A stretch of DNA of 60,723 nucleotides from a virus (lineage: Duplodnaviria > Caudoviricetes). Of this stretch, positions 36,504 through 45,077 are shown piece after piece (the first letter of the stretch is position 1; each line of letters starts with the position of its first letter). Position numbers and translations under genes: made by a program. The notes below the pieces were generated by a model, which saw nothing but the letters and a program-made list of their open reading frames with translations, did not search any database and was not told where the DNA came from. The stretch covers positions 1 to 60,723 of IMG/VR virus record IMGVR_UViG_3300027963_000084. One strand, written 5' to 3'.

Positions 36504-36766
36504 AAGTTTCACAAGAGGACGGGATGATTTGGTACGAGGGCAACGACCGCAAGGCTGTTGTGGGCAGGACATCTAGCGGCGGATACAGTGTTACTTCTTT
36601 CTGGGACAGTAACGGCACACATTGGTGCGGAGGCTATGGAGAGGGGAGCCGACCCATGCTCACGCTGGATGAGGCCAAGGACTTGGCTAAGCGATTCATT
36701 GCCGGTCAGTCTGTACCGGAAGAACTTGGTGGATACGACGACAACAAACCCGTGGAGGTGAAGTGA
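36500..36766 (+). CDS. Hypothetical early protein, probable paralog of 35223..35474
   Basis: ATGA overlap and GGAGG RBS. Confidence 0.7.
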   Translation: MKVSQEDGMIWYEGNDRKAVVGRTSSGGYSVTSFWDSNGTHWCGGYGEGSRPMLTLDEAKDLAKRFIAGQSVPEELGGYDDNKPVEVK

Positions 36767-36860
36767 TGTTTGCAATGAGCGAGATGATGGACTTCCTATT
36801 GGGTGGCGCTGGCGTTCTGCTTTTGCTATGGTGGAGTTCACACAGTGGAGGTAACTGACC

Positions 36861-37634
36861 ATGCTGTACGGGTACGCACGGGTATCAACCGACAAGCAGG
36901 AAGACTCAGCTGATGACCAGGCTATCCGCCTGCGTGAGTACGCCGAGCGGTCTGGCATGGAGTTCGGTGGCGTGTTCGTAGACGAGGATCAGTCTGCGTC
37001 CAAGATTAAGTTCAGCCACCGCAGGCAGGGGCGGATACTGTGGGACAAGCTCCAGCCTGGTGACCGCGTAGTCTTCACCAAGAGCGACCGTGCCTTTCGT
37101 TCTGTGCTGGATGCCGTCACTACCATCGCTAGGTGGAAGAGCTTGGGCATTGGTGCCATCTTCCTAGATACCGGCATCGATGTCACCACTCCAGCTGGCG
37201 AGTTGTTCTTCAACCAGATGAGTGCGTTCGCCCAGTTTGAAAGCCAGATGATCGGCCAGCGGCAGAAGGAGAGCATCGCCTACCGCAAGAAGTCTGGCCG
37301 TCCATACGGCAAGCTCCGCCCCTTCGGCTGGGTGTCGAAGGACAAAGCATTCGTCCCGTGCAAGGCAGAGCGTGAGATCGGTGACATGGTGGTTGCCATG
37401 CGGGCCGAGGGCAAGTCCTATAGCGCCATCTGCTTGCACCTGTGCAAGCGTGAGCTACGCAAGCCGCCCAACATAAAGGGTGTGCGTGGCTACTACGGGC
37501 TAACGGATGTCACGTATCTGCACAGGGCAGCGGAAGCTGGATACCCAAGGCTTCCGCCAAGGCTTTCGCATTCTGAGTGGATCGACGGGCTGCAGCGCGA
37601 AGCGATATTCCATGCGACTCAGCAAGCGCTCTGA
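36861..37634 (+). CDS. Serine recombinase (resolvase/invertase family)
   Basis: YGYARVSTDKQ, DRAFRS and AFAQFE motifs; GGAGGT RBS. Confidence 0.93.
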   Translation: MLYGYARVSTDKQEDSADDQAIRLREYAERSGMEFGGVFVDEDQSASKIKFSHRRQGRILWDKLQPGDRVVFTKSDRAFRSVLDAVTTIARWKSLGIGAIFLDTGIDVTTPAGELFFNQMSAFAQFESQMIGQRQKESIAYRKKSGRPYGKLRPFGWVSKDKAFVPCKAEREIGDMVVAMRAEGKSYSAICLHLCKRELRKPPNIKGVRGYYGLTDVTYLHRAAEAGYPRLPPRLSHSEWIDGLQREAIFHATQQAL

Positions 37635-38049
37635 GCGTTTGCCCATGGATGAACCTGTCTGTCGCCAGCTCCTGCTCCCATTCCGGTAGCTCGTCAATCG
37701 CCAGCCGGATGTGGTCCAGCTGGTCGAACTCAGGCAGCAGTTCAGCCGCCTCCTCCAGCGTGATGCGGATCTCCCCAGGCTGGCGGTTGATCTTCTTTAT
37801 CTGCTTGTACATTGCATTGAGGCAGGCCCGGGCGAAGTACGCCTTGGGGTAGGGCAACCTCTTGGGATCGTATGTCCTGGCCGCTTTGCACATGGCGAGG
37901 AACCCCTCGCTCTGCAGGTCTTCGATCAGCACACCGCGCTGCCAGTGCGGTCGGTTCTGCACAAAGTATTTGGCGAGGATCTCTGCGAGGGGAACGTATT
38001 CAACGACCAGGCGTTGCCGCTTGGCGGAGAGTCGTAATCTCTTGCTCAT
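37510..38049 (-). CDS. Sigma-70 family RNA polymerase sigma factor (regions 2 and 4)
   Basis: EDLQSEGFLAMCKAARTYDP (region 2); LAIDELPEWEQ...GQTLRALAESHGIS (region 4 HTH). Start could be 38070. Confidence 0.88.
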   Translation of the reverse strand: MSKRLRLSAKRQRLVVEYVPLAEILAKYFVQNRPHWQRGVLIEDLQSEGFLAMCKAARTYDPKRLPYPKAYFARACLNAMYKQIKKINRQPGEIRITLEEAAELLPEFDQLDHIRLAIDELPEWEQELATDRFIHGQTLRALAESHGISLRAAARRSTQNAKALAEALGIQLPLPCADT

Positions 38050-38227
38050 GCTGGTTGAGGCGATGCTCATGCTCTTCGATGGTCTGCCTGAGTTCGTCCA
38101 GCATGCGGGGTAAGGACTCCACGCTGTTCGCAATCACGGCCACTTTTGCGTGGAGCGAAAACGCCCACGGGACAATTGCTGCGGCTACGGTTATGCCCAG
38201 CATCCAAAGTTCAGTCTCCGGTGACAT
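38000..38227 (-). CDS. Small membrane protein with coiled coil (holin/XhlA-like candidate)
   Basis: N-terminal hydrophobic helix followed by a heptad-like segment; GGGGAG RBS. Confidence 0.55.
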   Translation of the reverse strand: MSPETELWMLGITVAAAIVPWAFSLHAKVAVIANSVESLPRMLDELRQTIEEHEHRLNQHEQEITTLRQAATPGR

Positions 38228-38402
38228 CGCTCCCCCTCGCTATCGAAATCAAAAGTAATCCCGCGTATGGATGCAGCTGTCCCTCTCCGACGTGCTGCTT
38301 AATTACGTGGGTAATCTCCGCTACTGCTTCTTGTGGGTAGCGGTACATGTAGGTATGCCCGCCGTATGTGGCAGAGAGCCTAATGCGATCCCCGCTTCCC
38401 AC
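38211..38402 (-). CDS. Hypothetical protein
   Basis: Fills the operon gap; start uncertain (GTG 38402). Confidence 0.45.
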   Translation of the reverse strand: MGSGDRIRLSATYGGHTYMYRYPQEAVAEITHVIKQHVGEGQLHPYAGLLLISIARGSDVTGD

Positions 38403-38677
38403 TGAATATGTGCCAGGCTTGTCGGGTGTTCTTGGAAAATCCATTTGGCTAGCCATGCCGTGACGAGGTTGACGATGATCGGTATGAGGATCATCAGAAG
38501 AATCGACCCGCACTCCTTGTGCCGGTCGCGGAACTCTTGCCGCACTGCCTTCTTCCAGGCTGGCTTGTCTTGGTCTGCTTTGATCAGTGCGATCAGCGTT
38601 ACCTCTTCGCTGTATCGGGACAGTCGGGAGGCACCAGTCTCTTCGGCGCAGCGTCTGGCTATTTGGCTGGCAAGCAT
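38321..38677 (-). CDS. Membrane protein
   Basis: AAGGA RBS before MLASQ; TM segment ILLMILIPIIVNLVTAWL. Confidence 0.65.
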   Translation of the reverse strand: MLASQIARRCAEETGASRLSRYSEEVTLIALIKADQDKPAWKKAVRQEFRDRHKECGSILLMILIPIIVNLVTAWLAKWIFQEHPTSLAHIQWEAGIALGSLPHTAGIPTCTATHKKQ

Positions 38678-38904
38678 TCCTTGCACTCCTTCAGCAGGAC
38701 CGACTTGGTTCTGCACAGGCAGTCCTTCGGGCACGGGCAGTCGGTCACATGCCCGTCGCCGTGCGTGATCTTGCCGAGCTTGCACTGGCCGCAGCACTTG
38801 CTCTTGGGCGCGGTGTAGGTTGTGCAGACATAGGCCGCTTCCACTGCCACCCGCTCCGGGTAGAAGGGCACGGGGAAGAACAGTGAGAAGATGAGAAGTA
38901 TCAC
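38659..38904 (-). CDS. Small secreted Cys-rich protein
   Basis: GTGA overlap with the protease stop; hydrophobic N-terminus; CCGQC...GDGHVTDCPCPKDCLC. Confidence 0.65.
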   Translation of the reverse strand: MILLIFSLFFPVPFYPERVAVEAAYVCTTYTAPKSKCCGQCKLGKITHGDGHVTDCPCPKDCLCRTKSVLLKECKECLPAK

Positions 38905-39836
38905 GTTTGCAGTAGTCCTATTGCGCCGTAGTCGGGCAGCTTCTGCGGTGGGAATCCATCGACGCTGCCGTAGCTCCATGCGTCACCATCTGTCACGCAC
39001 ACAGCCCAGTCGTCTGCCTTGGTGACTATCATCCCTGGCACCTGTTCCGGGTAGGAGGACGGCCAGTCTTTCACTGGCTTGTTCCACCCGCCCCAGCTGT
39101 TCTGGATGAAGAAGACGGTGAACGGCCAGAACTCTTTAGTGTCGTCATAGCCGACAGTGGCCATGTCATGCGCCCAGCCACCAGGCAGACGGGCATGGAT
39201 GTTCTGTGAGTTAGGCGCGCTATCCCACTTGGCGAACTGCCCTGAGTGGATGCCGTATCCATTAGCCAGTGCATCCATGGCATCACGCACCGTCTGTATC
39301 TGGCGGATGATGCCGACCTTGTGCTGGCGGCAGATGTCTGCCACATCCTTGGGAACCCCAGAAGATCCCCAGTTGGCACCGATGCTGCCGTTGTACTTCG
39401 ACAGATCGACTGGCTCATACTTCTGCCGGATACAAAAGCCAACGTCTCGCTCAAACGTGGAAGCCCTAGCAGGGATCATCCCTTCGCCGCTGTGCCCTCT
39501 GGCCCCGTAGGTTGGCTCAGTTGCACCGCGCTTAACGAAAGACTCTGGCCTGTTCTCCAGCAGAACCTGCACGGCACGGGTGCAGTCGCGGGCATTGCGG
39601 CTTCCATGGCTGACGCAATCTGATTCCGTTTGGACTTCGGTGAACGACAGTGGGTCCAACTTACGAACGTACTGCCACAGCAATGCGCGCTTGCCTTCTC
39701 CTGACCCTACGCTGTTAGGCTCAGAGTAGATTGGGCGAGGCTGCGTCTCCTGCCAACGGACACGGTCGCGGGGGCTGTTGATCCAGCCTTGCAGTCCATC
39801 GTCATACGCTTTGAGGGGAACGAAGTCGCTACTCAC
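38901..39836 (-). CDS. Papain-like (C1) cysteine peptidase
   Basis: Q...DCVSHG catalytic Cys; AHDMATVGYDD His; IQNSWG Asn. Confidence 0.9.
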   Translation of the reverse strand: MSSDFVPLKAYDDGLQGWINSPRDRVRWQETQPRPIYSEPNSVGSGEGKRALLWQYVRKLDPLSFTEVQTESDCVSHGSRNARDCTRAVQVLLENRPESFVKRGATEPTYGARGHSGEGMIPARASTFERDVGFCIRQKYEPVDLSKYNGSIGANWGSSGVPKDVADICRQHKVGIIRQIQTVRDAMDALANGYGIHSGQFAKWDSAPNSQNIHARLPGGWAHDMATVGYDDTKEFWPFTVFFIQNSWGGWNKPVKDWPSSYPEQVPGMIVTKADDWAVCVTDGDAWSYGSVDGFPPQKLPDYGAIGLLQT

Positions 39837-40218
39837 TTTGCTTCGCTACCTCCCGGCATGCCCCTGCGATCTTGCCTGCCATGGCAGGGGACATAGCCAC
39901 GTCATCCAGAGGAAAGCCATCGGACATCACCTTCTCAACGGCCACGTCCAGACCGGGATACTTGCCCTTCAGATCAGACGCGGCCAGCTTCAGCGCATTG
40001 CTGTGCAGCTGCCGCCACATGCCGACCGTGGTGATGAGCTTGCCGCTGTCCTTCTCGGTCACGTCGGCAAGCGATAGGTAGATGCCTTTCAAATGGGCAC
40101 GGTCTGATCGACTGGAGGCTATCAACGCTGCAGCGACTGGGCCTTCGGACTTCTTTGAGGGAGGTAGGAATGCGAGCGCGGCCACCAAGCAGGCGATGAT
40201 GATGGGTAGGTGCTTCAC
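39829..40218 (-). CDS. Membrane-anchored/secreted protein
   Basis: GGAG RBS, GTG start, hydrophobic N-terminus KHLPIIIACLVAALAFL. Confidence 0.7.
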   Translation of the reverse strand: MKHLPIIIACLVAALAFLPPSKKSEGPVAAALIASSRSDRAHLKGIYLSLADVTEKDSGKLITTVGMWRQLHSNALKLAASDLKGKYPGLDVAVEKVMSDGFPLDDVAMSPAMAGKIAGACREVAKQSE

Positions 40219-40430
40219 GCCTTCACCTCCAGCAATGCCTGGAGAAGTGCGTTGCATGCCGTCAGGACTGCGGGTTCTGTGTGCGCTTCCCTCACTGCAA
40301 CCACCGCTTCGATCTGCTGCAGCACAGTGGGCTTCTTGGCAGACGGCAGTCGGATGGCACTGAACGGAACGTAGGTTGCGATGACGGCAATCACCACAGC
40401 CACCACTGAAAGAATCTGAATTGAACTCAT
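40215..40430 (-). CDS. Small membrane protein
   Basis: ATGA overlap; TM segment ILSVVAVVIAVIATYV. Confidence 0.7.
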   Translation of the reverse strand: MSSIQILSVVAVVIAVIATYVPFSAIRLPSAKKPTVLQQIEAVVAVREAHTEPAVLTACNALLQALLEVKA

Positions 40431-41365
40431 ATGACCTTGGCTCCCGGGATAAAAATTGTCACCCCACCGATGTTGGCCTGCATGGTGTAGTTGAGGAGCG
40501 AGTGCGGATCGACCAGACCCCAGCCGTACACATCGTCCTTGCCTGCCACGCCAACGTCCTTGCATGTCTTGGCGAGTGCGGCCATCACGTCTGAGTGATG
40601 CACCTCCCGGTCCAGCTTGCGCTCCGCGCTGATGTACAGTGCCAGCACACCGGAGACGAACGGTGCGGCCATGCTCGTCCCGCTCACTGTGGCATAGCCA
40701 CCAGCCAGCCAAGTGCTGGTGATGTCCTGCCCTGGTGCGGCGACTGCGATCTCTTTCCCACGGCAGGAGAACTCACACGCGGCACCGTTCGCATCGACTG
40801 CGCCCACTGCCACAGTCTCCTTGTATGCAGCTGGGTAGTTCACATTCCCAGCGTCGTTTCCTGCTGCGCAGACCACAATGATCCCGGCGGCATACGCCTC
40901 GCGGATCGCTGAGTGGACACCATCGTCAGGCTTGCTTGCGCCCAAGGACATGCTGATGATCTGGACCTTGGCCTCTGTGGCGTGACGCACAGCCTTGGCC
41001 ACCCAGTCATTCGACCCCATGCCGCTGTGCCCTAGCACCTTCAACGACAGGATCTTGGCGGCTGGCGCAATACCCTTGGCCAGCCCGTTGCGGGCGGCGA
41101 TGATCCCGGCGACGTGCGTCCCGTGACCGACAGTGTCCTCTGCCTCAGAGTCACTGGTGAAGTTACGCCGGTCGATGACCGCTTCGTCTAGGGCAGGGTG
41201 GTGGGCCACTCCCGTATCGACCACCGCCACAGTCACGCCTTCGCCTTGGCTCTTCTGCCATAAGGAGGGGATGCCGTAACTGCTGACACCCCAATCCACA
41301 CCGTGTTGAAGTGCGCGGGGAGCGTCTAGGTTTACCCGGTAAGGGGGTAGGTGGACTACGCTCAC
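40427..41365 (-). CDS. Subtilisin-like (S8) serine peptidase
   Basis: VAVVDTG, GHGTHVAGII, AAGN and SGTSMAAPFV motifs. Confidence 0.96.
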   Translation of the reverse strand: MSVVHLPPYRVNLDAPRALQHGVDWGVSSYGIPSLWQKSQGEGVTVAVVDTGVAHHPALDEAVIDRRNFTSDSEAEDTVGHGTHVAGIIAARNGLAKGIAPAAKILSLKVLGHSGMGSNDWVAKAVRHATEAKVQIISMSLGASKPDDGVHSAIREAYAAGIIVVCAAGNDAGNVNYPAAYKETVAVGAVDANGAACEFSCRGKEIAVAAPGQDITSTWLAGGYATVSGTSMAAPFVSGVLALYISAERKLDREVHHSDVMAALAKTCKDVGVAGKDDVYGWGLVDPHSLLNYTMQANIGGVTIFIPGAKVI

Positions 41366-41706
41366 TCCTCTTTCCCGGCGGCGAGCGCCTTCAGAATGCT
41401 AAGAACAATCGGAACGATCACATCCAGCATCAGCTTCCAGTCGATGCCGAGAGCCGCCACCTCTGCGCCGGTGGACAACAGGTGGTGTTCGTAGGATTCG
41501 TCCTCATCAAACAGCTGGTATTTGCACAGCGCCTTGGGGGCGAGAGCCTGCGACTCCAAGATCGGGATCAGCAGGCGGGCAATCGAATCGACCATCGCCC
41601 ACTGGTCTGCGAACGGCAGGTCTTTGCGCCAGCCTTTGGCGATCTCAACGATCTTCAGCAGCGCAGCTTGGTTGGCAAGCAGGAACTTAACAACTTTAAT
41701 GTTCAT
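41362..41706 (-). CDS. Hypothetical protein with C-terminal hydrophobic helix
   Basis: GGAG RBS before MNIKVV; first gene of the protease operon. Confidence 0.7.
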   Translation of the reverse strand: MNIKVVKFLLANQAALLKIVEIAKGWRKDLPFADQWAMVDSIARLLIPILESQALAPKALCKYQLFDEDESYEHHLLSTGAEVAALGIDWKLMLDVIVPIVLSILKALAAGKEE

Positions 41707-42091
41707 TATTAGTCTCTCCAGCAGCGTGGTCACGGAGGGCAATTCCAACTACGGCATGTCCGGCAATGTCCAAGAGGGTTTCCCTAATAGCTAGTGTCCC
41801 GCCACCGTCAACCATCCCCCGGAGGCGGCGGCACTTCTCCCCGATCCTGGCAAGCTGGTAGACCCACGGGTCTATACCCTCTTCCTTAACGCCTAGCGCG
41901 TTCTCTAGCGGGTGTTCGTCAGCGCACCCGTAATACCCCCGCTTTCGGCTCAGAAGCCGCCAGAGGGCCACGCAGACGGGTAGGTAGGGATCGTCTGGCA
42001 GCAGGCCCAGCGCCTCACCAAGAGCGTTCTCGGCAAGCCTTTGTGATTCTGCCAAACTCTGCCCAGAAACTTGGGTGGTGGTAGGGGTCAT
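41696..42091 (-). CDS. DUF1599-like nucleotide-modification-associated protein
   Basis: RKRGYYG...PLEN...RIGEKCRRL...ETLLDIAGHAVV pattern; GAGGAG RBS. Confidence 0.65.
   Translation of the reverse strand: MTPTTTQVSGQSLAESQRLAENALGEALGLLPDDPYLPVCVALWRLLSRKRGYYGCADEHPLENALGVKEEGIDPWVYQLARIGEKCRRLRGMVDGGGTLAIRETLLDIAGHAVVGIALRDHAAGETNNEH
41784..41799 (-). promoter_or_regulatory. Candidate late-promoter motif GGACACTAGCTATTAG
   Basis: About 78 bp upstream of the protease operon, inside the 3' end of the previous gene. Confidence 0.5.
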
Positions 42092-42365
42092 CGTCTGTCT
42101 CCTCCTCGTCGCAAAGAAACGCAGTTCTGGCATGTGCCCATTCTTCAGCAAATGTTTCGATCAGAGCGTCCCGGTCCAGGCTATCGCGTAGCGCGATCAC
42201 CCCTCGGTCTGCGTCGTCGTTGAGGGTGAAGTACCCCAGATGTTCCGGCATCGCTGCCGCTGACCTGACGCACACCCGCACCGGGAACGTGCAGGGAAAC
42301 CGCTCCTCCGCCCACAGCTTCAACCTGCGGGCCAGCTTGCGCCTCCAGCACAAATCTCGGGGCAT
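42015..42365 (-). CDS. Zincin-like protein with atypical EExxH motif
   Basis: LIETFAEEWAHA...HHPSFW resembles SprT/M78-type folds. Confidence 0.5.
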   Translation of the reverse strand: MPRDLCWRRKLARRLKLWAEERFPCTFPVRVCVRSAAAMPEHLGYFTLNDDADRGVIALRDSLDRDALIETFAEEWAHARTAFLCDEEETDDDPYHHPSFWAEFGRITKACRERSW

Positions 42366-42651
42366 CGGAAAGCTCCACAATCATTATCCAAGGCTGGTTA
42401 TTACGGCGGTGAAGTACAACTGGGCACTTACCCTGTGCGTCCCGGCGGGCTTGGTCCAGCCAGTCATAGGGGTTGCCACGCTCAGTCCGCTTCACCTCTA
42501 AGTGAATGCCCGGGAAGGATGACACCACGTCCGGTGACTCGTTTCCCCCGGAGAATTGCTGGCCACGGCGGGCCTTGCCGCCCATCACGTTGGCCCAGTT
42601 CTTGGCAGCTTCCAGTTCCCCACGGCAACCCTTGGCTCGTCCATTGGTCAT
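42181..42651 (-). CDS. Holliday junction resolvase-like PD-(D/E)xK nuclease
   Basis: RAKGCRGELE...SPDV...HLEVKRTE...PVVLHRRN. Confidence 0.8.
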   Translation of the reverse strand: MTNGRAKGCRGELEAAKNWANVMGGKARRGQQFSGGNESPDVVSSFPGIHLEVKRTERGNPYDWLDQARRDAQGKCPVVLHRRNNQPWIMIVELSDAPRFVLEAQAGPQVEAVGGGAVSLHVPGAGVRQVSGSDAGTSGVLHPQRRRRPRGDRATR

Positions 42652-42911
42652 TGCTCAAACCTCCCTAGTAGCCCGTTGGAATGCCGACACTCCACCAATG
42701 AGAGGTTGGGGAATTGTTCGCACACCAGGCGGATGGCATCCATCGGAACCTTTTGCTTGTCGATGGCCCGCTCATTCAGCGAGAGCCACTTCCCCAGCCT
42801 GCCGCCCATGTTCAGATCCGTATTCGGACCCTGTGGTTCCCAGTACAGAAGGAATGTATAGCTGGCCGTGCGGAGCATAGTGCCTGTGATCACGGTGATC
42901 TCTCCTGCCAT
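42648..42911 (-). CDS. Hypothetical protein
   Basis: Overlaps both neighbours in the operon. Confidence 0.6.
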   Translation of the reverse strand: MAGEITVITGTMLRTASYTFLLYWEPQGPNTDLNMGGRLGKWLSLNERAIDKQKVPMDAIRLVCEQFPNLSLVECRHSNGLLGRFEQ

Positions 42912-43288
42912 GCGGAGGTATTACGTTCTCGTTCTTGGAGGTAGTAATCCGGCAATGGTTCCGGGTCATACCCAAGATGCTTCTTGTGTTTCAATGAAGC
43001 GAGGAACGCAGGGTCGTAGTTTTCGGGGTCGCACTCTTGTTTAATGCCGAGAAGTATACGCCTGTCTAGGTCAGGCTGTCCACTGAAAATCTTGCCGCTA
43101 TGTAACACACCATGGCAGCGATCACAGAGACGAACGTACTGTCGAATGTCATGCTTGCGACCGGAGCCACCGATCAGATGGTGCACCTCCAGCCTGCGGC
43201 GACCATCGGACTCAGGCCACCAGCACACCGCACAGCAGCGGTGCTGTTCAACCCACGCCAGCAATTCCTTTTGCTCAGCCTTATTCAT
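42890..43288 (-). CDS. HNH-like Zn-binding nuclease (DUF968/Ref-like)
   Basis: CAVC...LEVHHLIGG...LCDRCH. Confidence 0.7.
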   Translation of the reverse strand: MNKAEQKELLAWVEQHRCCAVCWWPESDGRRRLEVHHLIGGSGRKHDIRQYVRLCDRCHGVLHSGKIFSGQPDLDRRILLGIKQECDPENYDPAFLASLKHKKHLGYDPEPLPDYYLQERERNTSAWQERSP

Positions 43289-43559
43289 TCCAAAGAGTAT
43301 ACGGTTGTGCAGCGCCCAGCGCAATTGATTCTTTTACCCACAAGTCCATGTCATACCTCTCGGGGTGGCACAGTGAACACAGCTGCGTCGGCGGCTCACA
43401 GCGGACCACGTAGGTCTTCTTGCTATCGGCCAGGTTGGTTGACCACATCCGACAAACGGTGTCGTAGCCAGTCCACAGATGAGACTTACCGCTCACACCA
43501 CCAAGGCTGTTACACCGGACCAGGAAACCCTTGTGTTTCGGCAGGCTACGCTCGCTCAT
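43281..43559 (-). CDS. Hypothetical Cys/His protein
   Basis: SHLW..DTVCRMWST...LCSLC. Confidence 0.65.
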   Translation of the reverse strand: MSERSLPKHKGFLVRCNSLGGVSGKSHLWTGYDTVCRMWSTNLADSKKTYVVRCEPPTQLCSLCHPERYDMDLWVKESIALGAAQPYTLWNE

Positions 43560-43568
43560 AAAACCCCC

Positions 43569-43757
43569 AATCTGTTCGGCACGGAAGACAGACCGACTCC
43601 CTGCAACGTGCAGGAAGCCGAAAGAAATCTGTTCGGCTGGAGCCGACAGACCTCTACCCCAAGCGTGACCTTTGGTATCGCAGTTCTGCTTGGTTCAACC
43701 CTGACACTGCGCTGCGATTGGCTTACGCCTCGGTGGGAGTGGAGTCGGCAGACAACC
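43569..43757. repeat. Imperfect direct repeats in an ORF-poor gap (candidate origin)
   Basis: AATCTGTTCGGC at 43569 and 43626, each followed by GGA..GACAGACC; related GGAGTCGGCAGAC at 43741. Confidence 0.5.
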
Positions 43758-44052
43758 ACCTTTACCGCAGAGAATCCCATCCATCCGCGTGATTGCCCGT
43801 AGGCGCGTCTACGCGGTGTTGCCCCCTCTTATTGCGTCCATTCCATGGGCCGGTAGGTGGGAGGCCGATCTTCAGACCTGTTGCCCATCCGGGGGCTATG
43901 TGTGCGGAGTTATTTGCTTGCCATCATCCAGAGTCCAATGTTCGCAGCTGCATACGATGCGTAAGTTATTGTCATCGCTACGTTTCCGTGCAGTGCCTGC
44001 TCAAAGGACACATACAAGTAAATGATCCCAGTGAGGATTATTAGGTGCGCGC

Positions 44053-44229
44053 TCACAGGTCAGACATCAGTGGGCACTGACGCTCCTCTGGCAGGCTCAG
44101 ACTATTACAAAAGCACTTTGATTTGTCGGCCTTCGGCGCTGGCTTCTCTGCAACCGGCACAGCGTGGACCGCGCCGTAGCTCCAGATGAGTAGCAGGGCG
44201 GCGGCTATCGCCAGGATCAGCTTGGTCAC
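44053..44229 (-). CDS. Small signal-peptide protein (58 aa)
   Basis: Below the track cutoff; GTGA overlap; MTKLILAIAAALLLIWSYGAVHA. Confidence 0.55.
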   Translation of the reverse strand: MTKLILAIAAALLLIWSYGAVHAVPVAEKPAPKADKSKCFCNSLSLPEERQCPLMSDL

Positions 44230-44705
44230 TTGGTTCGCTCCAGTAGTTTGCGGAGCGTGTCTGTGTGCGTTGCGAACAGTCCGTAGCCCTCATTGTGAAT
44301 CGCTGCAAAAAACTCAACCGCTTCCCGCTCCTCGTCGGTGAGACTGATCGTATTTGAAACACCACACATATCGTCGCTTTTCACATATGACTGGTTTCCA
44401 TTCACCATGCGATCACGCAGCCGCTGGCCATCTTCCACTAAGATGCTGATGACCTTGCCGTCCTGCTCGCGTAGTTCCTCCAGCAACAGCACCTTGGCAA
44501 TGAGCTTGCAGATGAGCCTGGCTGAGTAGCGGTCCTTCAGATGCGTCGGCAAGCTGGCAATGTGCGCCCGGGCGGCGGAGACGATGTCGCCAGGATCTCG
44601 CGTCCCGCCCATCTGTTCGATGAGATCCGCAGCCTCCTCGCACAGGGCATCCTTGCGATAGGTGCAGTAGGCCCGATCACGCAGGCGTTCTACGATGTCT
44701 TCCAT
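44226..44705 (-). CDS. Hypothetical protein
   Basis: DIVERLR...EAADLIE and LTDEEREAV motifs, common in phage hypotheticals. Confidence 0.7.
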   Translation of the reverse strand: MEDIVERLRDRAYCTYRKDALCEEAADLIEQMGGTRDPGDIVSAARAHIASLPTHLKDRYSARLICKLIAKVLLLEELREQDGKVISILVEDGQRLRDRMVNGNQSYVKSDDMCGVSNTISLTDEEREAVEFFAAIHNEGYGLFATHTDTLRKLLERTK

Positions 44706-44771
44706 GCCATCCTCTGTGTATTAAACGCTGGGTTTTTGATGCCCGGGAACCCAAAGCAAACCCGGATGTGA

Positions 44772-45065
44772 TCACCAGTAGCGGGCGCAGGCGAACCAGC
44801 CTCGGGCACCACGGACAACGGCAACTTCCTTCAGCTTGCGTGTGCCCCAGAAACAACAGTTGGCCTTGGCCTGCTCTGGAGAACTGCTGGAGTAACCTAC
44901 CCCTTCGCATCCAACGCCACCCCGGTGTGCGAGGCGACCAGTGCGGGCCATCTCACAGGCATCCTCATAGGCGGAGCGGGTCACGGTGCGAGTGCGGACC
45001 ACAGTGGTTTCAGCCTGGGCGGCAGTGACGGTCAGGGCAAGGACAAGGAACAGAAAGTAACGCAT
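44772..45065 (-). CDS. Secreted CAP/SCP-like small protein
   Basis: Signal peptide ending AQA; MARTGRLAH...EGVG...CCFWG...GWFACARY; AAAGGA RBS. Confidence 0.6.
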   Translation of the reverse strand: MRYFLFLVLALTVTAAQAETTVVRTRTVTRSAYEDACEMARTGRLAHRGGVGCEGVGYSSSSPEQAKANCCFWGTRKLKEVAVVRGARGWFACARYW

Positions 45066-45077
45066 AGGAATCCTTTC

